Shown here: piece after piece, positions 1-8,247 of the stretch
How positions within the stretch are numbered: the first letter of the stretch is position 1
Layout of the letters: every line of letters begins with the position of its first letter
Assembly: GCA_964372205.1 (NCBI GenBank)
Contig: CAYJQB010000001.1
Location: 13,180 to 77,179, forward strand
Reading direction: 5' to 3'
Origin: Candidatus Woesearchaeota archaeon
GTDB lineage: Archaea > Nanobdellota > Nanobdellia > Pacearchaeales > GW2011-AR1
Length of the DNA: 64,000 nucleotides
Notes under the pieces: generated by a model
Database searches by the model: none
The model's input: only the letters and a program-made list of their open reading frames with translations
What the model was told of the DNA's origin: nothing
Program-made: the position numbers and the translations under genes

Positions 1-622
1 CTTCAATAATAGGAAAAAAACTTGGCACAATTATAACTTCCTTTCTTTTCCATTTACCAACTAAAAAACATTTATATTTCTCTTTTTTCACACTATTTTT
101 ATCTTGAAGAGTCACAGCGGGATGCGCGTGCCCCATTATCCAATATTTTATTTTTTCATAATAAATTTCTTTAAATTCTTTATTTCCATGAAGAAAAACA
201 AACTCTTTCCACAAATAATAATCAAGGATATCAATACCCTTCCTTTTAATAATATTTTTAGTCATAGTATCATGATTTCCTTTAACAATAACAATCTCTC
301 CGCCATCCTCAATTTTCCCTCTTAAATAATCAATAAATCCATGCACTTCTTTCCACTCGCTTCTCAATATTTTTCCAAACTCGTGTCTCAAGTCCCCTAA
401 CAAAATTATTTTATCAACTCTCTTCTTTCCAATAAAATCAAATACAGCATCCATTTCTTTAATTATTTCTTCGTATATTCCACTTGGCACAAGAATGCCC
501 GAGCTCCGCATAACCTCTTCATATCCTAAATGAAGATCTCCTATAACCAAAGCCCTTTCAACGTCCTTCCCTTTTCCGTACTCTATCAAAAGAGTCTTTC
601 CAATAAAATCTATTTTAATCAT
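1..622 (-). CDS. Metallophosphoesterase (calcineurin-like, Lhr-associated), runs off the window edge
   Basis: Manual translation from ATG at 622: MIKIDFIGKTLL...GDLHLGYE...LLGDLRH...KGNHD...FLHG...MGHAHPA, the metallophosphoesterase motif series. Directly downstream of the Lhr gene; not in the ORF track. Confidence 0.9.
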   Translation of the reverse strand, partial: MIKIDFIGKTLLIEYGKGKDVERALVIGDLHLGYEEVMRSSGILVPSGIYEEIIKEMDAVFDFIGKKRVDKIILLGDLRHEFGKILRSEWKEVHGFIDYLRGKIEDGGEIVIVKGNHDTMTKNIIKRKGIDILDYYLWKEFVFLHGNKEFKEIYYEKIKYWIMGHAHPAVTLQDKNSVKKEKYKCFLVGKWKRKEVIIVPSFFPIIE

Positions 623-636
623 AATTCACGTTCTCC

Positions 637-3234
637 TTAGTTCCCGCCTTTACTTTCAATAACACCCATTTGTAACTTATGCATTCTTCTTAAGAATTGC
701 AGTTTTTCTTCCATTCTTATAAGGTCTGCATGGCTTTGTAATATCAAACTCAATCCAAATGGAGAAACAAGAGGAGTTCTTACTTTCTTCACTTTAATCT
801 TTCCTTTCTCAATAGCATCAAGAATCGCCTTAGCCCTGTGTATGTCCATAACATCCTCAAGAACCTCTCTTCTAGCCTCTTGAAGTATAGGAAACTCGTT
901 ACTTATTTTTTGAACCGCAGCAAGTAAAAAGTGGGAATGCATCTGTTGTTTTCCAACAGTCTTGCTCCTCCCCTTATAATTTCTCAGTATCATTAAGCTT
1001 CTTGAAGCGCAATGCCTAAACCTTCTTCTTAAAACATCAGTTTTTTCAATAGCCTCCTTCAATATTAATTCAATATCTTTTGCTTTAACCCATTTCAAAA
1101 TCTTCTCTTCGTCAAGTTTCTCCCCAGCAATATAAAATCCATTATCGTTTATTCCAATTTCTATATCTCTATGCTTTAAACGAGCGGCCGCAAACCCGTA
1201 AACTCTAGAAAGCGCATCATTCACGCGTCGGCCGTACATACTATGAAATAACAGGTATTCTTTATCACTCTTGAACTTTTCAACTATAAGTTCTTTATCA
1301 GTAGGTATTTCACTAAATCTCGCCTGTTCCGAAAGATAGTCACACATCTGTTCGGCTTCAACATCATCGCAATAAAGATACTCCTTGATAAATTCAATCG
1401 TTTTTTCTTTGTTTTTTATCTTTTCCTTTACAAGCCCCCTGAATTTAGCAATATCTATAGCAACATCATAACTAAGAGGCAACATCTCCGAAAACCAAGA
1501 AGGAATGGTTGGACTTTTAGACACGTCCGCAATAACATACGCTTTCATCCCCTGGCTTCTAACAAACTGATACTTTTGCCCTCCCAAAACAAAAACATCC
1601 CCTCTTTTCATTTTTTCAAGAAAAGCTTCGTCTATCTTCCCAACAATCTGCCCCCTCTTTTCCACTGGAGCACTTATAACTACAGAAATGAACCCCTCTT
1701 CAGGGATTGTTCCTATATTAGTCATATAAATTATTCTCGCAGTCTTTCCTCTCTTTCCAATCTCTCCAGTACCTACATCATACCATATTTTTGCATAAAC
1801 ATTTCTGTGTTCTAAAGCATAATCACCCGCAAGATAAGAAACAACTGCAAAAAAATCTTCCTTACTCAAGGTAGCATAACAATAACTTTTTCTAATAACT
1901 TTTAACATGTCTTCCGCTTTCCAAATTTTTGAAATAGCCATCCCATATATCTGCTGAGCAAGAACATCTAAAGCGTTTTTAGGAATATCCACCTTGTCTA
2001 TTTTGTTTTCTATCATACTCTTCATCATTACTCCACACTCAATAAGGTCGTCCCTATCCGTCACAATAAACCTTCCTTTAGGATTACTATGTAACTTATG
2101 TCCCGCTCTTCCAATTCTCTGCAACGCCCGGGCAACACCCTTAGGAGATCTAAGCAAAACTACAAGGTCCACATTCCCGATATCAATTCCCAGTTCAAGA
2201 CTTGTACTACTCACAACAACTTTCAATTCCCCTTTTCTAAGCTTGTCTTCAATCTCAAATCTTTTTTCTTTGCTCATTGAACTATGATGCGCACCAATAA
2301 GTTCATTATATTTACCTGGAAAGTGCAAATCTAAATAATGAATTATTCTCTCAGTGGCAGCCCTCGTGTTAGTAAATATCAAAGTAGTCTTATGAGTCTG
2401 AATAAGCTCGTCTAAAATTCTATACATTTCTTTCTGACTCTCCACACTGTCTGCTTCAATCAAGTCTCTAGCAGGAGAGATTAGACCAATATCTACTTTT
2501 TTCATTAGTTTTACCTTCGCAATCAAGCAGTCTCTTCCATCCCCCACTAAAAATTTTGCAATCTCTTCCAGAGGAGCAATAGTAGCACTCAACCCAATAC
2601 GCACAGGTTCAATAAGACTAAAATCACAAAGTCTTTCCAGAGTCAAGCTCATATACACCCCTCTTTTATTGGCCATAGCGTGAATTTCATCAACAATGAT
2701 AAATTCCAAGGCTGTAAGATTCTCAACAAATTTAGTTGTAGTAAGAACAATGGCAAGACTCTCAGGAGTTGTAACATAAATATGAGGCACCTTTCTGGTG
2801 TGCTTTGCTCTTTCAGAAGCAGTAGTATCCCCGGTTCTAACACCAACTCTAATCTCTTGCATTTCAATTCCTTTTTCTTTAGCAAGGGCGTATATTTCTT
2901 TAAGAGGAGCTTCAAGGTTTACAAAAATATCATTGCTCAGAGCCTTCAACGGAGAAGTGTAAACAGCATATATTTTATCCTCAAGTTCTTTTTTAAGAGC
3001 AAGTCCAACAAGATAATTAATGATTCCAAGAAAAGCAGTAAGGGTTTTTGTCCCTCCGGTCGGTGCACTTATCAGTATATTTTTTCTATCGTATATTGTT
3101 TTTACCCCGTACAACTGTGTTAAAGAAAAGTCTTCAAATTTCCTAAAAAACCATTCAGCAACAATCGGATGCAATATCTTTCTTACTTCAGCAGCAGCAT
3201 AGGGCTCTTCCATAAAGGCAATTTCCCGAGCCAT
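637..3234 (-). CDS. lhr: Lhr-family ATP-dependent SF2 helicase
   Basis: Motifs APTGGTKT, TTPESL, DEIH, GLSAT, HHSS, STSLELGIDIG, QRIGRAGH; 865 aa; C-terminal PSWFSE and SPFG segments typical of archaeal Lhr. Confidence 0.92.
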   Translation of the reverse strand: MAREIAFMEEPYAAAEVRKILHPIVAEWFFRKFEDFSLTQLYGVKTIYDRKNILISAPTGGTKTLTAFLGIINYLVGLALKKELEDKIYAVYTSPLKALSNDIFVNLEAPLKEIYALAKEKGIEMQEIRVGVRTGDTTASERAKHTRKVPHIYVTTPESLAIVLTTTKFVENLTALEFIIVDEIHAMANKRGVYMSLTLERLCDFSLIEPVRIGLSATIAPLEEIAKFLVGDGRDCLIAKVKLMKKVDIGLISPARDLIEADSVESQKEMYRILDELIQTHKTTLIFTNTRAATERIIHYLDLHFPGKYNELIGAHHSSMSKEKRFEIEDKLRKGELKVVVSSTSLELGIDIGNVDLVVLLRSPKGVARALQRIGRAGHKLHSNPKGRFIVTDRDDLIECGVMMKSMIENKIDKVDIPKNALDVLAQQIYGMAISKIWKAEDMLKVIRKSYCYATLSKEDFFAVVSYLAGDYALEHRNVYAKIWYDVGTGEIGKRGKTARIIYMTNIGTIPEEGFISVVISAPVEKRGQIVGKIDEAFLEKMKRGDVFVLGGQKYQFVRSQGMKAYVIADVSKSPTIPSWFSEMLPLSYDVAIDIAKFRGLVKEKIKNKEKTIEFIKEYLYCDDVEAEQMCDYLSEQARFSEIPTDKELIVEKFKSDKEYLLFHSMYGRRVNDALSRVYGFAAARLKHRDIEIGINDNGFYIAGEKLDEEKILKWVKAKDIELILKEAIEKTDVLRRRFRHCASRSLMILRNYKGRSKTVGKQQMHSHFLLAAVQKISNEFPILQEARREVLEDVMDIHRAKAILDAIEKGKIKVKKVRTPLVSPFGLSLILQSHADLIRMEEKLQFLRRMHKLQMGVIESKGGN

Positions 3235-3258
3235 GCGTATTTTGTCAGAATCATAGGT

Positions 3259-3999
3259 TTAAAGAACTATCGATACAGGACTATACTCAACAACAGTAAG
3301 GGCCAAAGAGCTAGCAGGCCGTATTGGCTCAGGGTCTTCTCTTTCTTTCCAGTTAGTTAATCTCTGTCTTTCACTATACAACGCTCTCCCAGTGTATTCT
3401 CTTACACTTCTTTCAAATCCTAAAACTTCCACACCTCTTATTTTATCGGAAGGAACTTCAGTAACAATGCTCAATTTTCCCTCCGGAGTCAAAACATAAC
3501 AAACTGACTGCACCAACCCTTCAAACTCTTCTTCTATTTCGAGGACATCATATTCAGGATAATTTCCAACTAGCGGAACAGGCGGAAAGAAAAAGAACGC
3601 TCTTTCAAATTTTCCTAAATGTTTAGGAATATAGCCTCCCAAAGATCTTGCAAAGAGTTTAAGATTTTGTGGCAAATCTTCCAATCCCCTTTTAGTCGCA
3701 AGGTATTTCGCTATTGAACGTATCATCTCCGGATAGGAACGACTTCCAGTGTCATGAATCCTAAATGGATAAGGTTCAACAGCAACTACCTGACTAGCGC
3801 CCCCTAAAGCAAGATCAAAACTGCTATTCAAACACCCTGCCCCAATATCAAGTATCCTTCGTCCACAAATATCTTCTAATAAACCCAAGGAGTCTAATAA
3901 AGAAGAATCGTAGTAATCTCTATTCAAAAGTTTTTCAAGGAGACTCCTTGTTTCTTCATCATTTTCAATCTCTTGCATAATATCCATGTTTTTACCCAT
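3259..3999 (-). CDS. Putative class I SAM-dependent methyltransferase-like protein
   Basis: ILDIGAG motif I followed by VVAVEP; remainder unrecognised. Confidence 0.55.
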   Translation of the reverse strand: MGKNMDIMQEIENDEETRSLLEKLLNRDYYDSSLLDSLGLLEDICGRRILDIGAGCLNSSFDLALGGASQVVAVEPYPFRIHDTGSRSYPEMIRSIAKYLATKRGLEDLPQNLKLFARSLGGYIPKHLGKFERAFFFFPPVPLVGNYPEYDVLEIEEEFEGLVQSVCYVLTPEGKLSIVTEVPSDKIRGVEVLGFERSVREYTGRALYSERQRLTNWKEREDPEPIRPASSLALTVVEYSPVSIVL

Positions 4000-4063
4000 T
4001 AAAATTCATTTTTAAAACTATCCAAACCGAATAACTTTAATACTTCTCAGTACACTTATCTCA

Positions 4064-4333
4064 ATGCCACAGATATCTAAACCAAAAAGAGACAAAATCT
4101 CAGAGCAAATACTCCACTTCCTATTTTCCATCTCTCCAGAATCAATTTTTACATCAAAAATAGCCCAAGAAATCATAAGAGACGAAGAATTCACAAAATC
4201 TCTTCTCCAAGAATTAGAAAAAAACAAACTAGTGGTAAAAATAAAGAAGTCTCCTCAAGGTTCAGATTACCAAAGGAGAGAACGTTGGAGACTTTCCAAT
4301 GAAGTCTATGAAGTTTTCAAGCAGCGACAATAG
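4064..4333 (+). CDS. Small winged helix-turn-helix protein
   Basis: 89 aa: ILHFLF...FTSKIAQEIIRDEEFTKSLLQELEKNKLV...RWRL, a wHTH-like pattern; AT-rich promoter-like sequence upstream. Confidence 0.65.
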   Translation: MPQISKPKRDKISEQILHFLFSISPESIFTSKIAQEIIRDEEFTKSLLQELEKNKLVVKIKKSPQGSDYQRRERWRLSNEVYEVFKQRQ

Positions 4334-4733
4334 AATAATCCTTACATCCTAACTCTTTTCTAATATCTTCCAAAAGGATATCCCAACTGACTCTATCTAA
4401 TGGTTCAGGCACAATAATCTTTCTCGTTTTATCCAAGTAACTTTCATTAATATCCCAATCTCCGTATCTAACTTCTCTCCTGCCTTGAAAAAAATATCCC
4501 TCAGGAACTTCATTTAGAAGTCTATCAATAGGGGAAGAGAAATCCTCAGGGTATCTTCTTTGAAGCTCAATAAGCTCAGAAGCAATCTCTCTGGGAGACA
4601 AGCCTACCAAAACAAATAACCTAGAATTTATTACTGCAACTCCCAATGTGGGCAATCCAGGTGTTGGGCGATATAAACAAATCCTACCTCTATTCCGAGT
4701 TCTCCATGCCTCAATCTCTTGAGGAGTTATCAT
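4317..4733 (-). CDS. Hypothetical protein
   Basis: 138-aa ATG ORF with upstream TTTATA box; no motif recognised. Confidence 0.6.
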   Translation of the reverse strand: MITPQEIEAWRTRNRGRICLYRPTPGLPTLGVAVINSRLFVLVGLSPREIASELIELQRRYPEDFSSPIDRLLNEVPEGYFFQGRREVRYGDWDINESYLDKTRKIIVPEPLDRVSWDILLEDIRKELGCKDYSIVAA

Positions 4734-4817
4734 TTTACCAGATAAGAGGCTATCGCAATTATATAAACTCTTTCCAATTACCTAAATCCTTAAAATCTCT
4801 TTCTCACTAAGAAAATC

Positions 4818-5543
4818 ATGCAGGAAGACAAAATAAAGGAATCTTTCGCTAACGTAAGGCAAGACATAGATTATCTTTACTACGAGATTCAAGAATTAAA
4901 ACGAACTATAGAAGAAATAAAAGAACTTCAGACAGAAATACTCAAGAAACAGACAGACAACAGACAATCAACAGACACTTCGACACATAATTTGCCTTTA
5001 GAAGACGTAAAAAGCCCAAATTTAACAATCTCCAGTGGAAATGAAGGGGTTCCAACAGACAGACAGACAGACCAACAGACAGACAGACAACCCCCCCATT
5101 TCCTATGGAATAAGAGAGAAAATCTTCAAAATCTATCTTCAAACAACTCAGAAATACACATAAAATCATCAGAAAAAGACAAAATAATGGAAAAATTACC
5201 AATTTTAGCCCAGCTGCACAGGGCCTCAGAATTCCTAGAATCATTAGACGAACTCAAGAAGGAAGTTCGCGTTAAGTTTAAAAAATTAACCTCTCAAGAA
5301 ATGCAAGTGTTTAGTAAAATATATGAATTAGAAGAACAAGGATTAATTGTAGATTATACTCTTCTTGCAGAAAAGCTTTCTTTAACAGAAAGTTCAATAA
5401 GAGATTATGTTCTTAGGTTGATACGAAAAGGAATTCCCGTCGAGAAACACAAAGAAAACAACAAAAGAATAACTCTTTTTATATCAAGAGAATTAAGAAA
5501 AATAGCGCCTTTAGAAACTATTCATCAACTAAGATCCATCTAG
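4818..5543 (+). CDS. Coiled-coil + low-complexity linker + C-terminal winged-HTH protein
   Basis: N-terminal heptads (IQELKRTIEEIKELQ), TDRQ-repeat linker, C-terminal LTSQEMQVF...YTLLAEKLSLTESSIRDYVLRLIRKG HTH. Confidence 0.75.
   Translation: MQEDKIKESFANVRQDIDYLYYEIQELKRTIEEIKELQTEILKKQTDNRQSTDTSTHNLPLEDVKSPNLTISSGNEGVPTDRQTDQQTDRQPPHFLWNKRENLQNLSSNNSEIHIKSSEKDKIMEKLPILAQLHRASEFLESLDELKKEVRVKFKKLTSQEMQVFSKIYELEEQGLIVDYTLLAEKLSLTESSIRDYVLRLIRKGIPVEKHKENNKRITLFISRELRKIAPLETIHQLRSI
4929..5089 (+). repeat. CAGACA/(GACA)n repeat cluster inside the wHTH gene
   Basis: CAGACA at 4929, 4950, 4954, 4961, 4972; exact 18-mer CCAACAGACAGACAGACA at 5052-5069 and 5072-5089. Confidence 0.85.
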
Positions 5544-5588
5544 GGAGTTTTCCGGAACACCGAATAAATTTTTAAAGTTTCCACTATG

Positions 5589-5637
5589 TCAAATTTAAGC
5601 TTTTTAGAGCTTTAAATGCTCAAATTTAAGCTTTTTA
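5589..5637 (+). repeat. 18-bp direct repeat TCAAATTTAAGCTTTTTA x2
   Basis: Exact copies at 5589-5606 and 5620-5637 in the gap between convergent genes. Confidence 0.85.
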
Positions 5638-5724
5638 CTTTTTCCCACCTCAGAAAAATTGCTCACCAGAGGCAATTTTCCCTCATTTTTCCACGAACTT
5701 TAATTTTTTGCACAACTGATCATA

Positions 5725-5994
5725 CTCACTTTTCAACAATTCTTAAAAAACAAAGAAAATCACTCACTTTTACATCAAAATTGAATCCTTTACAATACCC
5801 AAAGGCACTCACTTTTCCACTTTTTTTGAACATTTTTATATCTCTCCTCACTTTTTTTGTTTTTTAGCTGATTTTTTATCTCCCCCAACTCTCACTTTTG
5901 CATATTTTAGCAGTTTTTCCCTGATTTCTTCTGGCACATAGACTCTTTTTTTACCATTAGGTTCGGTTAACTCATACACCAAACCCTCACTTTT
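5725..5994 (+). repeat. Periodic CTCACTTTT array (6 copies)
   Basis: Copies start at 5725, 5763, 5808, 5847, 5891, 5986; spacings 38, 45, 39, 44, 95. Confidence 0.8.
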
Positions 5995-6483
5995 CTGTTT
6001 TATTGAGTTTATTTGGCCTCTAATTGTAGATCTCTCTTTTCCTAAAAGTCTAGCTAAGTCCTCATAACTAAGTTTCATCTCTTCTTCGGCATTCAAAAGG
6101 GTAAAAACTATCAATCTTTCATTAGCCGACAATTGTTGCAAAATTTGATGAAAATTGGCTGTTTGGACAGCTGTTTGAACAGGTTCTTGAACAGGATAAA
6201 CAGCTGTTTGTTTATCAACACCTGTTTGTTTTTTAAACACCTGTTTGCCTTCCTTTGCAAAATTAATCAAAGAAACAGCCTCTCTGATACTTTCAACCTC
6301 ATCTTGAATCGACGATATTTCCACTCTTAACTCATTTAACACATCAAACAGCTGTTTATCTTTGTTATCTAGGTGTTTAATCCACTTTCCAACTTTGTCA
6401 AAATCATCCTTAACTTCTTGAAAACCCCTTTTAGTGTTTTCTTCCAGTTTTTCTACCTTCTTTTTTCCAGAAAACCAAAACAT
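5848..6483 (-). CDS. Coiled-coil + linker + C-terminal winged-HTH protein
   Basis: Probable ATG start at 6483 (MFWFSGKKK); coiled coil, QTAV-repeat linker, LSANERLIV...LSYEDLARLLGKERSTIRGQINSIKQK HTH and wing NGKKRVY. Confidence 0.75.
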   Translation of the reverse strand: MFWFSGKKKVEKLEENTKRGFQEVKDDFDKVGKWIKHLDNKDKQLFDVLNELRVEISSIQDEVESIREAVSLINFAKEGKQVFKKQTGVDKQTAVYPVQEPVQTAVQTANFHQILQQLSANERLIVFTLLNAEEEMKLSYEDLARLLGKERSTIRGQINSIKQKSEGLVYELTEPNGKKRVYVPEEIREKLLKYAKVRVGGDKKSAKKQKK

Positions 6484-6780
6484 ACTATTTTTTAAACACC
6501 CATCTTTATAAATATTACGCTCAATAAGCCCGGAAAACAGCATTTCAATAAATCCCAAAATAGCACACTTAAACAGCTACAAACACCCTTAAACACCCTA
6601 GGATTTTTTTTAAACAGCTGTTTAAACACCCTTAAACACCCGTTTATCGTCGGTAAATTGTTTAAACACCCTTAAACACCCCAAAACAGACCCGTTTCAG
6701 CTAAAAAATTCAAAAAACTCTCCCAAAAGTCTAAAATAGTGCAATTTTTTCAAAAAATTGGAGGAAATATATTTAAACAC
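6167..6780. repeat. AAACA[CG]C iteron-like repeats and AAACAGCTGTTT palindromes
   Basis: Palindrome AAACAGCTGTTT at 6198, 6346, 6612; variants at 6167, 6217, 6235. Upstream AAACA triplets at 6571/6581/6591, 6612/6624/6634, 6664/6674/6684. Exact 23-mer TGTTTAAACACCCTTAAACACCC at 6619 and 6659. Confidence 0.9.
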
Positions 6781-6828
6781 TACTTGCTTCTAAAAGATAC
6801 TTAATAGAGGTTAAAAGGAGGTGTCAAA

Positions 6829-6972
6829 ATGAAATCAGGTTGGCAAAGTTGGTTAGCTTTGATTGGTGGTATTGTTGCTTTAGTTGGGCAATGGGTAGCA
6901 GGTTATTATTTACCAGCTATAGGCGGAATACTAGCAGTTATAGGCGGAATCGGCGCAATGACATCTAAATAA
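6829..6972 (+). CDS. Small two-helix membrane protein (47 aa)
   Basis: AGGAGGTG RBS then MKSGWQSWLALIGGIVALVGQWVAGYYLPAIGGILAVIGGIGAMTSK*; below the ORF-track cutoff. Confidence 0.8.
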   Translation: MKSGWQSWLALIGGIVALVGQWVAGYYLPAIGGILAVIGGIGAMTSK

Positions 6973-7039
6973 ACCGAATAAATTTTTTATTTTTTAACCT
7001 CTTTCTTATTATTTTTTCACACAATTTAAAAAAGAATTT

Positions 7040-7079
7040 GCCTCAACAGGAGTGAGGCGCGAAGCGCCGAGCGCGCTCG
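7040..7079. other. GC-rich overlapping hairpin/palindrome element
   Basis: GCCTCA-N7-TGAGGC (7040-7058), GGCGC-GAA-GCGCC (7056-7068), perfect palindrome CGAGCGCGCTCG (7068-7079). Confidence 0.7.
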
Positions 7080-7100
7080 ACATAAGAAAACAGAATCAAA

Positions 7101-7451
7101 ATGGCAGAAGAATTTACAAAAAAACAACAAAAAGAAGTAGAGAAAGAAGTAGAAAAACAAGTAGAAAAACGACTGAAAATCTACGAAAAACTGCTCAAAG
7201 AAGGACATGTTTTCAGATCAGAATTCAAAAAAGAAGCATCCACGGCCATAATAGCAGCATTCGGTTTTCTGATAGCTCTTTCATGGAAAGACTTTGTCAC
7301 AAAAATTGCTGAGAATCTTCAAGGCACAGGCATTATGGTTCGGTACCCATACTTAGCAGAGCTGTATGTTGCAGTAATTATTACTGCATTCTCAGTAATA
7401 GGTATAATGCTCATTTCCAGGTGGGCAAAAAAAGAGGATAAAAACAAATGA
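7101..7451 (+). CDS. Small membrane protein, DUF5654-like
   Basis: IIAAFGFLIALSWKD...YVAVIITAFSVIGI, two hydrophobic segments. Confidence 0.7.
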   Translation: MAEEFTKKQQKEVEKEVEKQVEKRLKIYEKLLKEGHVFRSEFKKEASTAIIAAFGFLIALSWKDFVTKIAENLQGTGIMVRYPYLAELYVAVIITAFSVIGIMLISRWAKKEDKNK

Positions 7452-7747
7452 GAGAAATAAAAAAGAAGACACACTTCTTCTTCATTGGAGGAGAAAACTT
7501 CAAAAAAGAGGTAAGAAGACAAATCAGATTACTAATCATAGTGACTCTTGGATTCACAATAGCATTTACATGGAGACAAACCATCTTTGATGTCGCCCAG
7601 TCACTCGTAATATTTTTCACAAAAGTAGAAGGCTCAGCCGCACTCAGCATACTTACCTCCATATTCATAACTCTTTTAAGTCTTCTTTTAATGCTAATAG
7701 CTTCCTTCTTTTTAAGAGAAAAATCAGCAGAAAACTACAGGTATTAA
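7448..7747 (+). CDS. Small membrane protein, DUF5654-like paralogue
   Basis: IIVTLGFTIAFTWRQ parallels the previous gene; ATGA overlap. Confidence 0.65.
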   Translation: MREIKKKTHFFFIGGENFKKEVRRQIRLLIIVTLGFTIAFTWRQTIFDVAQSLVIFFTKVEGSAALSILTSIFITLLSLLLMLIASFFLREKSAENYRY

Positions 7748-7789
7748 GGCACCAATAATATTTATTAACTTCAAACACTTAAAAAAAGG

Positions 7790-7951
7790 ATGGCTACAAT
7801 ATCATTAACAATCTCAGCAATACTCGCAATAATTCTAGGATTAGTAATACTTATCTGGCCAAAGCTTCTAAGATGGGCAGTAGGACTTTATCTTTTAATC
7901 TTCGGAATACTTCAACTCTTAGGGAATTACGTAGATTTTTCCCCAATATAA
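7790..7951 (+). CDS. Small membrane protein, DUF3096-like (53 aa)
   Basis: MATISLTISAILAIILGLVILIWPKLLRWAVGLYLLIFGILQLLGNYVDFSPI*. Confidence 0.75.
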   Translation: MATISLTISAILAIILGLVILIWPKLLRWAVGLYLLIFGILQLLGNYVDFSPI

Positions 7952-7974
7952 TCTAGAAGGAGGTAAAAGAAAAG

Positions 7975-8145
7975 ATGCAAAGTAAATGGTATGGTTGGCT
8001 GGTTCTTTTGATAGGAATTCTATTAATAATCCCAATGTTTGGAGTCGCAGCATTAGGCACGTTAACTTCAGGATTTATTGGTTGGTTCATTCCAATAATA
8101 ATCATCCTCCTAGGAATTCTAGGTATAACGAAAGCTAAAAAGTAA
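7975..8145 (+). CDS. Small two-helix membrane protein (56 aa)
   Basis: AGGAGGT RBS; MQSKWYGWLVLLIGILLIIPMFGVAALGTLTSGFIGWFIPIIIILLGILGITKAKK*. Confidence 0.8.
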   Translation: MQSKWYGWLVLLIGILLIIPMFGVAALGTLTSGFIGWFIPIIIILLGILGITKAKK

Positions 8146-8207
8146 TGCTAAAACCTTCTGCTTTCGCCTAAAACTTCCAACATAACTAATAAGTTCGGAT
8201 TAAGATA
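8146..8207 (+). repeat. Intergenic conserved site, copy 1
   Basis: TGCTAAAACCTTCTGCTTTCGCCTAAAACTTCCAACAT-AACTAAT-AAGTTCGGATTAAGATA; 56/62 identical to 8794-8855. Confidence 0.9.
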
Positions 8208-8247
8208 TTAACGATAAAATTATAAACCTCCAATTACTAAATTAGTC

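Noticed and set aside
5616..5867. 83-aa plus-strand ORF in the repeat gap
   Set aside because: Low-complexity translation of the repeat tract, no recognisable motif, overlaps the convergent gene.
5725..5994. CRISPR or mini-array interpretation of the CTCACTTTT periodic repeats
   Set aside because: The conserved unit is only 9-11 bp and two copies lie inside a coding sequence.
6484..6558. N-terminal extension of the second wHTH gene from a TTG start
   Set aside because: ATG at 6483 has a TATA-like box about 25-30 bp upstream; the extension runs through repeat DNA.
8170..8207. Calling the site a canonical dif or attC
   Set aside because: The left arm resembles a Xer arm (AACATAA) but symmetry gives a shorter centre than 11-6-11 dif, and no long attC-type hairpin is evident; kept only as a hypothesis.
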